This document shows, one piece after another, positions 1 through 13,293 of a stretch of 64,000 bases of DNA. Each line of letters starts with the position of its first letter. Positions within the stretch are counted from its first letter, which is position 1. The notes beneath the pieces were generated by a model. The model was given only the letters and a program-made list of their open reading frames with translations. It searched no databases and was not told the origin of the DNA. Origin of the DNA: Blastocystis sp. Blastoise (Eukaryota > Protista > Bigyra: Opalinata). Made by a program: the position numbers and the translations under genes. The stretch spans positions 992,001 through 1,056,000 of the forward strand of contig JBBPEB010000032.1 in NCBI GenBank assembly GCA_039096225.1, written 5' to 3'.

Positions 1-3
1 ATA

Positions 4-58
<55 letters not shown>

Positions 59-62
59 ATAG

Positions 63-679
<617 letters not shown>

Positions 680-1359
680 TTTACTATCTATTTCTATTTC
701 TCTCAGAATAATCAGGTTATCAAGTTAAATAATCTTCTATTTAATTATATTATTATACTCTATATATGTATATTATTTTCTTTTCTTTTTCTCTCTTTAT
801 ACTTTGTTGTTGTATTTATTATTAGGATTATACACATTGATCTTTTTATTATTATATATGTATATTAGCCATGTGTTTTATATATCTTACCAGCTGTTGC
901 GTATATATTCATAATTATACTTGTATTGCTTATATATACACCTCTTCTTCAATTTTCCTCTTATGTTGTTCTTTTGGCTTTATTCTCAACATATAAACAA
1001 CAATTATATTCTTTGTGGCCTAGTTTTGTTTATATCTTTTATATTATTATATTACTATTGTTGATATTCATATAATAACTATAATTACTTCTTCTTAGCG
1101 ATAGCAATGAAACAGTCAAAAGCATAAAGTATATATATTATTTTTGTACTAATATTTTCATTAAAGAATTTTAAAACTATAATTTATAAAAAAGGCATAT
1201 TTAAGTCACTGATTTAATAGAATTGCATGATAGAATATGTGATTATTCACTAGAAACCATTGTTAAGATACAAAGAATTACTACTTATTGAAAATAAAAC
1301 AAAAAAAAGTATTAAGCTTAGCAAGAAAAAAAAAGTATAATGATATAGAAAGCGAATCA

Positions 1360-2127
1360 CTATAACAATTTATTTTTCGATATAAATGAACAGATAGGTT
1401 GTGTGAACGCGCCTGATTCAAAGTTAAGATCATTTCGTTGATCTCTCTTAATCATAAGTATCCAAATAATAACTATATAAGGCATTCCGACATTGAATTC
1501 AATCAATGAATCAAATAATACAGTTCGTAAAGATTGTTGACGAATACCAGATAAATATAAAGAAAACTCAAAGAAACCTTCAGCAGTTGTTCCTATAGCT
1601 AATAATTTTAAAATATCACGTAACGACACTCGTTGATAACATAAATACATATATCCTAAACATCCAAAAAGAATAAAAAAACCTCGTTGAGAACTCATAG
1701 TACGAGATACTGTAATTAAATCGTCAGTATGATAGGATAATTGAAAGAAAGCAGGACAGAATTGAACCATAAAGAAAAAGAAAGTCCAGAATGTACGATT
1801 AATTTTTTCTCTCATTTCCTTGGTTCCAAATGTACCCTCAATCATTAGACATACCCAGGAGGGATGGATAACACCAGGTCCAAGCTGTAACCAAATTTGT
1901 AACAACCACGGGTTAATAGAACTATCAATAATACGTATTTTAAGGATTTCCATCCAGAAAACTGCATCTACCAAGTAATATACGATAAAGCCAATTGCCA
2001 TAAATAAAGAAGCACGCCAATGGTAGTTTACATTTACAGATGCAATCCATATTAACACTGCAACAATATCAAAATAAATACAGGAACTATAGAGCTGTCT
2101 TGAAACCTCTTCTGTTTCTTCAAACAT
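1360..2127 (-). CDS. Intronless multi-pass (~7 TM) membrane protein of unknown function
   Basis: 255-aa ORF with coding-like GC, repeated hydrophobic segments, C-terminal EFSLYLSGIR...DSLIEFNVGMPY. Confidence 0.85.
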   Translation of the reverse strand: MFEETEEVSRQLYSSCIYFDIVAVLIWIASVNVNYHWRASLFMAIGFIVYYLVDAVFWMEILKIRIIDSSINPWLLQIWLQLGPGVIHPSWVCLMIEGTFGTKEMREKINRTFWTFFFFMVQFCPAFFQLSYHTDDLITVSRTMSSQRGFFILFGCLGYMYLCYQRVSLRDILKLLAIGTTAEGFFEFSLYLSGIRQQSLRTVLFDSLIEFNVGMPYIVIIWILMIKRDQRNDLNFESGAFTQPICSFISKNKLL

Positions 2128-2684
2128 AAGTATAAGCTTGATAAAACAAAAACTTATTTTTTTAATATCTTTCTTTTATTTTTGTTATAAATATGCAAAA
2201 ACTTTTGAAAATCATTGTTGTTTTTGTTGAGACTACAAAAATCTATAATATTTGATTATTCTCTTGAAAAAGAAGATAAACAAAATATAAAAATGAGTGG
2301 ATTAGTTGTCATTAATCATTCATGAATTAAAAAACATAAGTGAATCACTAGAAGGTCTTCATAAATAGTTCTTAAAGATCTATATACTTAAACTCATATG
2401 CAACTATTAGTAAATGAAGTAAATACTAAATTTTTTCAGATAAATTCAGCCTTTTCATGATTCTTCTAGTTTCTGTATTATTTTTTAATTTGAAGGTTGC
2501 TAAGAGTCTATCTTAAAATGGGTAAAAGTCATTTGATTGATATACTTAGCACGATTACTACAATAGCTATTATTGTGGCCTTATTGTTTTCAATCAAAAA
2601 AATTAATTCCGGTAAGAATCATTATTCTAGTCATTAATTTTATTTATAGAGATTATTGATCATAACAAGGAAGATAAAGAGGAA

Positions 2685-4529
2685 ATGAGTTCATTAAAGA
2701 ATCGCTATTTAGCGTTGCAAGAACAATTATCTCTCGTGTCTAATAAAGATGTCAAGCCTGATGTAGATTTAAAAGCTTTAGTTGATCCACTTATTTCAAA
2801 GATAGATGCTGATTCTAAATTGATTGAAGAATTACAAAATGAAATTGCAAAGCAACAATCATCTTTAGTTTCTCTTGGAGAACAGATTAATTTATATGAG
2901 GAAACTATCAAAACGTTGAAAGAAACTTCTGAATGTATATGTGATTCTAAAGAAGAACCTAAAGTTGATTCGACAAAGTTGAATAAAGACGTTATTAAAG
3001 AGCAAACAAAAGATGATTCTAGTTTTATGATGGAAGAAACTTCAGAAGATTCTAATGAAGATATTTATGAAAGTAAACAGTCGATACATATAAGTGTATT
3101 ATCTACAGAAAATAATAATAAAACTGACACTATTCATGAAAATATAGAGTCAACATCTATTCCTAATAATAATATGAATAAGGATAATGAAAATATGAAT
3201 AATAATGATAATAATAATGAAAATATGAATAATAATAACAATGATAATAATAATAATTCTACTATAAATAATAATTCTACTAGTTCTCTTCCTCAATATA
3301 ATGCTACCATTAACGTTAAACAGAATGTTACATCTCGTTATATTGATTATAGTTTCAGAGGAGTTCATTTCGTTATTTTAAGAAGTATTATAGAGAAACA
3401 TAAGAAATCTCTTCTCTATACTGTATTATCTGAAGATCCTCTTCCTGATGGTTCTTATTATATTAATTGTGCATCTACTTATATAGATGATTTAATTAAC
3501 TGGCTAGACTTTATGTCTTTCCGTGAGAAACGATATACTGAAGATGAACTTATCTATGTAGCTAGTGACTGGGATTATTTACGTATATCTCTTCCAGAGA
3601 GACTTGGTCTTATTCTATATACACCTTCAGAATATTATGGAAAACAACCATTTATTAATGTGAAGGTAGCTGGACAAGTACATCGTTTATCAACAGATCG
3701 TATGGATGAACTGAATATTCACGGTTATTTAGGTGGTTTACGTCATTCTAAGCAAGCTCCAATGGAAGGAGATGTATTTTTATCTTCTAAAGGAACATTA
3801 TTATTTATGTATATTCGTCAATATATCAATACAGGCCGTATTATTCTTCGTGAAGGAACTACATTCCAAGAAGTTATGAAAGAATTCTTATTATTTGATA
3901 TTACTATACCTGATTCTATTATGATTGAAAATGGATATAAACCGAATACAATAGAACATTTCTTCCCTCATTCTTCGTTAATTGAAGATAAAGATATTTT
4001 CTATTTGAGAAACTGGCTTCATTTGAATACATCTTGGGTGAATGTATATAATAGTACCAAAGACCACAAAGGACCTGATTTCTTCCATAATCATGTGGAT
4101 GATCAAGGTCAATTCTTAGCTGTTTTCAATAGTTTTAATGTTGGTGTATTTGGTGTTTATTTCTCTCAAGGATATTTCTCTGCTTGGCCAGATGGGTATA
4201 GATATGATGATGAAAAGAGTTTTATTTTTACATTAGAAGCAAAGACAGGTAGTACACCTAAACAATATCGTTATATTCCTGGAAAGAAGAATTGTATTAT
4301 ATATCAGAGATCTCAAGTTATTACTTTAGGACCTGATGTTCATGGAAGTGATTTAAGTATATTCTTAGATTATTCTACAGGTCATCATGGCTATTCATCC
4401 TTAGATGGAAAGAAATGTTATGAAAATAAAAGTGGATTTGGAGTTCAATTATTTAATTCACAACCTATGAATGATCAAGAAATTCCTCATTTTGAAGTAG
4501 ATCTTGTTGAAGCATGGATACCTGTCTAA
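2685..4529 (+). CDS. Coiled-coil / Asn-rich / BTB-like / C-terminal TLDc-domain protein, intronless
   Basis: 614-aa ORF; C-terminal WxxVYNSTKD...FFHNHVDDQG...VFGVY...SFIFTL...F.V..VEAW fits TLDc; central DGSYYI and FMYIRQYINTG segments resemble BTB/POZ. Confidence 0.8.
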   Translation: MSSLKNRYLALQEQLSLVSNKDVKPDVDLKALVDPLISKIDADSKLIEELQNEIAKQQSSLVSLGEQINLYEETIKTLKETSECICDSKEEPKVDSTKLNKDVIKEQTKDDSSFMMEETSEDSNEDIYESKQSIHISVLSTENNNKTDTIHENIESTSIPNNNMNKDNENMNNNDNNNENMNNNNNDNNNNSTINNNSTSSLPQYNATINVKQNVTSRYIDYSFRGVHFVILRSIIEKHKKSLLYTVLSEDPLPDGSYYINCASTYIDDLINWLDFMSFREKRYTEDELIYVASDWDYLRISLPERLGLILYTPSEYYGKQPFINVKVAGQVHRLSTDRMDELNIHGYLGGLRHSKQAPMEGDVFLSSKGTLLFMYIRQYINTGRIILREGTTFQEVMKEFLLFDITIPDSIMIENGYKPNTIEHFFPHSSLIEDKDIFYLRNWLHLNTSWVNVYNSTKDHKGPDFFHNHVDDQGQFLAVFNSFNVGVFGVYFSQGYFSAWPDGYRYDDEKSFIFTLEAKTGSTPKQYRYIPGKKNCIIYQRSQVITLGPDVHGSDLSIFLDYSTGHHGYSSLDGKKCYENKSGFGVQLFNSQPMNDQEIPHFEVDLVEAWIPV

Positions 4530-4954
4530 ATATAAATTAGATTGAAATATTAAGTTATTTATATGTCATATGTATTGAATATACTGTTATCATTAAATTC
4601 TTTATTTTTTTAATTTCTTTATCTATTTGATACTGTCCATAGAATACGTTTGATGTTCTCTTTTTATAAATATCAATTTATATTTATTTAATCATATTAT
4701 TATTTATATCATTTATTGTTCAATTATTTACAATTAAAACGTTATTTAAAAAATATGTGTTTTGTTTACGAGTTTTTTTTTATTATTTTATTACAATTGA
4801 TTTTATTATAATTTAAAGACTTTTATTAGTAACATCATACACTCATATACTATTGAGAAATAAAACATATAGTTTCAATATATATATATATATATATAAC
4901 ACAACAATTACTTAATGAATAATAATCAAAAGGATACTTGAAAGAAAGTTTAGT

Positions 4955-5713
4955 TTAATAAAATATAAAGAAAGTAAAAATAGCATAGATTGATACTAAT
5001 ATAATATTAACTGTAATAAAAAGTTTCTGATAAATAGTTTTCTTTCCAATTAACACTAATTCTACAGAACAGACATAATTCATAAACTATAGAGATACAT
5101 AGAGTATATAATTCAATTATCTATATATATATACAGAAAGATATTCCATGAGCCAGTTAATAAGGACTACATAAACCATAATTGTTTGATGAGATACAAT
5201 GCCTTCTACAGTAAGAACAATTGAATAATAAGTATACCAAAGATAAGTTATTGTAGTTGAAAAAACGACGTATATAAATTAAGAAAATAATTGTTCAAAT
5301 ACATAAATTTAATGAGGTTTTATAGTATAAAGGATATTAAAAACTTGCAGAGTTTATTTTTAAAGAGAAGGAGGATAAAACAAACCGGGAAATAAACGAA
5401 ATGCCACAAATATGCATTAATATTAATATATATTCGTATAAGATCCGTTAGAATAAATAATATGATCAGAAAAACCTAAAAATATATAAATAGTTATAAA
5501 ATATAATACATTTTGAAAAGAAAAAAATAAATCTAACTTACGAATCCAATAATACAATTCACAGATATTTCTTTCCTTAAATTCTGATATCGTTCAAGTT
5601 GTCTATATAAATATTTCTCACTATTAGAAAGATGCATTTCATCAATACTTGTCTTCAGGTGTTTCTAAGATACACTCTTTCTCTGCCTTTTCCTTCTTGT
5701 CAAATACTTCCAT
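4955..5713 (-). CDS. Small multi-pass membrane protein (5 exons; third intron is AT-AC)
   Basis: Manual splice gives MEVFDKKEK...EDK|QLERYQ...CIIGF|VFLIILF...LCKFL|VVFSTTITYLW...MEYLS|FMNYVC...AIFTFFIFY* with compatible intron phases; stop at 4955-4957. Confidence 0.7.
5270..5337 (-). other. U12-type (minor spliceosome) AT-AC intron
   Basis: 5' ATATCCTTT, branch-like TTCTTAAT just before the 3' end, terminal AC; removal joins two in-frame exons and removes an in-frame TAA. Confidence 0.75.
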
Positions 5714-6546
5714 GAATCCAAGAAATAATAGAAAAGGATTAGGATTATATTTAAAATAAACTGTTTCATGTAATTCCCACGTTTTTCCTAAATTGATGCT
5801 AATATGAAAAATACTTAATAAATATACTAATTTTTTAGATAGATTGTATACATACATTGAACATATACTGCGAAAACACTTTTTAAGAATTATATGAATA
5901 GTTTCCAACATGATGAAAACTTCATTTACTCACAATTATGTTTATTTTTTTTTAAGACTCTATATTTATATGCAAAGAATGATTTGTAATCGTATTTTAT
6001 GCTTGATATAGGATAAGAATAACATGACAAGAAAAATAAAATTTTATTTATTAGAATTTAAATTCATCATAGATTTTTTTAATGAATTCATGTTGATAAC
6101 AAAATACAGGAAACAATTAATTTGTTAAAAAAAACGTCTATGGATGGAAACATTGCAAAATTTCGAAAAAAAAACATCAAAAAAAGTATCTTATTCTTCT
6201 TTCATAAAAAGTAGTTGATTATCTATAATAATAGAATAACTATTACATCAAATTCTAAAAAAGAAACAAAAGAATAATCAGATGGAAAGTATTCAGAAAA
6301 AAGAAGTTCCAAATGAATCCAAACAATAGGACTAAGGTTTCTATAGATAATCCTTTGAGAATATGCCTGCAGAAGACGATTGAATTCGTGGTAATTTGCC
6401 GTTTATTGGGAGCAAGAATATGTTGTAACGAGAGTAGAAGAAGCCAGCCAATAAGAAAAGGATTCAAGTTTTTATTCCAACCTTAATCATTTACAATAAC
6501 ACATAAATATATAGTTCTATAGACGTAGATAAAGATTAAGATAAAG

Positions 6547-7952
6547 ATGGCAGAAGCTCAATCACCAGGTATAAGATAAGAAAATTTGATAAAATAAATG
6601 TTTGTTTAGAACCTAGTGAAGAAATGAAGGAAATGATGGAAGAACTTCATATTGATGAAACTCCAGTTGAACAATCTCCAATACCTATTGGTGGAATTCT
6701 TGGTCCAGAGTCATTTGATTTTGAGAAATATAAAACAAACATGAATGTCTGTTATGAAACTGATGGTGATAATTGTTACTGTGGTATTGATGGTACTCAA
6801 TTTAAAGTTCGTGGTCAGAATTATCTTAAAGATAAAAAGAAGTTTGTTTCTAAGCCTAGTAAGTTTTTTTTTAATATTTTTTTTATTTAATATTGTTTTA
6901 ATTGATTTACATATATGAAATGAGTTATTAGATATATTTAGATTCTTATACTATTTATATCTATAGATATATGTACTTTAAGAGGTTGTGATATGTACAG
7001 AATGGATGAAAAACCTCTTCATTTCTGTTCTAGACCTGAATCTCTTCCCGCGAAAGTTAAAGCTGCTGGCGGTAAAGATTTCTTTTTCGTTTATAATATT
7101 ATTGTATATATATAATTAAATATATATGAGTATTATTATATGATGATTTCATATAGAATACTATATATGATAATAATATTGATTATATATAATAGGTTAC
7201 TTATAAGAAGAAGTATATTAGTTTATGTCAATATCATACCATTCCTGATGGATTAGAAACATCCAATCCTACTGCTCGTCGAATGATTGATAATATGATC
7301 AATGATGAAAAAGATGCATGGAAAACAAAACATATTAAACTTATTCCTACTGTTGTTGTCATATCCCTTATAAATATTCTTATGTTTCTTTATATAAATA
7401 GTTTACTATATAAGTATATACTTGTATTATATTGTATCTTTAATTAATTGACGGTCCTGGTCTTGTTAAGAAATGCGTTGGATCTGTACCCTGTATAGTT
7501 GGCAAGAAATTGAAGCAAGTCGCTTTTAAGGGTGATAACTATATTGAAATTGATATGGATGTTTCGAAAGATAAAATGATTTCTAAGGTATTTTTTTATA
7601 TTTATTATTTATGTTTATTCTATTTATTATTTATATTTATTCTATTTATTATTTATATTTATTCTATTTATTATTTATGTTCATTCTATTTATTATTAAT
7701 ATATATTATTATGTATTATTTATGTTCATTCTATTTATTATTTATATATATTATTATAATTATAATTATATATTATATAATCTTTTCTATAAATAATTAT
7801 AGATGTGTGAAATGTGTTTTAAGATGGCAAAATCAGTTGTTATGGATCTTGGATTTGTTTTAGAAGCTACAAATCCTGAAGATTTACCTGAACAAATGTT
7901 ATCTGGTATTCGTCTCTGTAGACCTGATCTTACAGATGTCCCTCTTTTATAA
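6547..7952 (+). CDS. EDR2 C-terminal domain (DUF1336) protein, 6 exons
   Basis: Spliced protein contains FKVRGQNYLKDKKK, KLIPTVVVGPGLVKKCVG..PCIVGKKL, GDNYIEIDMDV and DLGFVLEATNPEDLPEQML, hallmark EDR2_C motifs; TAA at 7950-7952. Confidence 0.88.
7361..7452 (+). other. U12-type AT-AC intron
   Basis: ATATCCCTT...TCTTTAATTAATTGAC; phase-0 removal restores the conserved IPxVVxGP motif; I found no GT-AG pair that does so. Confidence 0.85.
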
Positions 7953-8282
7953 TTGTTATTATTCTTATATTTACTGTTTTATGTTGCATAATAAATATTA
8001 GTTTTGCTTTGTTTAAACATAATTATAATAAGTATATTCATACTAACTCCAAAAGAAAAGAAATCTTATATTGAAACAACAGCTAAAAAATAATAAAAGA
8101 TATGTCTCCCTTACAACCTGTATCATAACCAGTTTAGACTATATAACCATTTAAAAATGAAAACAAAACGCCTAAACAATTTATTATATATGATTATCTA
8201 ATGATAGCGATGAATATATTAGAGATTACTTTCATTTAATAAAAATAAAATTATATATTCGAAAAGTAGACTGCTAAAAGAA

Positions 8283-10789
<2,507 letters not shown>

Positions 10790-11165
10790 TATTCTTAGTA
10801 TTATGTTATCCAAAAAAACAGAAAAATAAAATATACTTCTAACGAAGGTTTAGACAAATTGGAAAGATTCCCATAATTACATCGAATAGTCTTTTGAAAG
10901 TAGTTTGTCATTTCTCGTTGGAATATTATGAAAAAAACACGGTGATAAAAATAATGACCTAAGCTTAGAAGGCTTGAAAAAGAGATTCTGAGGAGTGAAA
11001 AGAGTTCCATAATATTCTTGACAAATCTATTGGCTCATTAGTAAATTCCTATGATAATCAAGACTTTTATGGTATAAAAGGTAGTTACTATACGAATTGT
11101 TACTTGTCTCTATCCATAAAATACATATAAGTTATTTGAGCATATTTCTTAAAGGCTAACTGAAA

Positions 11166-11673
11166 ATGGTATGTTATTATATATATAAGTGTATTTAAAA
11201 TGTGCTATATTCCTCATATATTCAACTTTTAAAATCAATAATCCTATTTTGAAACATTATAGGTGCACGTTCCTAAGGCTGAAAATACTTATTGCAAGAA
11301 GTGTCATAAACACACTGAGCATAAGGTTTCCCAATACAAGGCTGGTAAAGCTTCTCTCAGACCTCAAGGTAAGAGACGTTACGATAGTAAGCAAAAGGGT
11401 TATGGTGGTCAAACCAAGCCTATTTTCCACAAGAAGGCATTTATTTTATTTTTACTTCTTCCCGATTATTATTTTATTCATTAATTTGATTTATTCTTTT
11501 TTTATGAAAATTATTATAATTTGTATTTACGTATTTATATTTTATAGGCTAAGCAAACTAAGAAGTTAGTTCTTCGTCTTGAATGTAAGGAATGTAAGCA
11601 AAAGGCCCAAAGAGCTTTAAAGAGATGCAAGACTCTTGAAATTGGTACTAAGAAGGAAGAAAGCAAGTATTAA
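11166..11673 (+). CDS. RPL36A: 60S ribosomal protein eL42 (L36a/L44), 3 exons
   Basis: M|[14 protein letters not shown]...[19 protein letters not shown]|[16 protein letters not shown]; introns 11169-11262 (GT-AG) and 11437-11547 (GC-AG). Confidence 0.97.
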
Positions 11674-11860
11674 GAAATATTTTTCTTGCCAGTTAGTATT
11701 AACTATGGAATGCTCAATCGTCTTTTTGTTTTTTTTTTATTTTAATTAATTTTACATATACTGATGTTAATATGTTTTATCAGAAATATTAAAATGATTT
11801 TTGAATTTCTATTAACTAAACAAATTATAATAAATATGAAGAGAGATCCATATAGACAAT

Positions 11861-13263
11861 TTAAATAATTTTTTTCTCTTTGAAAGCTTGTATAATTTGA
11901 TCATGATACATATATGGAAAGCAGTTGTCTCCGGGAAGAACATATCTTCCTTCATTTGTCATTTCATGAAAGTCTGAACCACTCGTAGGAATAAGATGTT
12001 GTTCTTTGCAAAGATTTATATAGCGATCTGTATTATATTCTTGATGACAAGAAGGAGGAAAACTCTCCATACCATCGATATGATAAGAAACTAGATCTAA
12101 AAGTAGTTTTTCGGGATTTACACAATACCTATACATATATATAATTGTCATAGTATATAATATATATTTTTATTATGAGTTGAGTTATATAGTATTTTAG
12201 TATTAATTCATGAAAAAATAATTTTATTAATTATAATAGTAATTCTACGTTATTTATAACAATATATATTATATATGATATTGTAAAGAATATTCTATAT
12301 TATTATTATTCTATATATAAATCAAATATATACCAAGGATGAGCCCAAGAAGCGAGACCTCCATATTTATGTATAAGTTGAATACCTTCTTCAGGAGATA
12401 ACTTTTCACCATTAAAATAACTATATATATAATGTAAATAAACAGAACATATATAATTAGACATCAATTTAACTATAATCATATACTAAGGACAATTGTT
12501 ACCTATATATTTAGCAAAAGCTTCATTCTTATCTTGAACATATCCCTTTTCCTATAATGGACAAAGATAGCATATATATAGTTTTTTATATATATTTATT
12601 ATATATAATAATAATTATTATTATTAATTTTATTATGTATAATTATAATTATTATTATATATAATAATAATTATTCTAATTAGCAATAATATCTAGAAAG
12701 TGTATGAATAAATGAATTATACAATTAAAGCCATAGCAATAATAGGTCTTGAAGGATTTGCACCATTAGCTAATTCTAATACTCTGGACCATTCAATTTG
12801 AATACCTATTCAAATTATTGATGAATATAAAACTAGTTATTTCGTTATTAAATATACCTCCTTTATTTAAATTCTTTACCATTTGAAGTTCACGTTCATA
12901 TCTATTTAAAAAATAACATTCCATTGACAATCAAAGAAGAAAATACCTTAGAATAGTTTGTTTACTATCTATATCCTTTTGAATAGCTTCTAAATCAGAG
13001 TCTTGAGGAAAATAGCCAACGATATGAACTTCATTTTCTTCTTGAGTTCCCGTAGACATCTCTACACCATTAACAAATTGAAAATTTCTTTTCAGGTTAT
13101 TTTTTGATATATGCATCAGTCCACGAACAGTATCATGATCTGTAAGAGCCATGATATCAACTTTTTGTTTCTGAACTAAGTCAAAAAGCTGTTCTACCGA
13201 TAACTTACCATCAGAAAATATAGTATGCATATGTAAATCAAGTTTTGACGCCATCTTCAACAT
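11861..13263 (-). CDS. PHP-domain metal-dependent phosphoesterase (TrpH/YciV-like), 6 exons
   Basis: DLHMHTIFSDG, ALTDHDT, GVEMST, VHIVGY, WAHP and GSDFH motifs reconstructed across five in-phase GT-AG introns. Confidence 0.9.
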
Positions 13264-13293
13264 TATGAAAAAAATAACAGATTATGAAAGAAA

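Noticed and set aside
4929-4937. Perfect U12 donor GTATCCTTT on the minus strand
   Set aside because: Lies downstream of the stop codon at 4955-4957 with no clear branch point or acceptor; cannot support a 3' UTR intron
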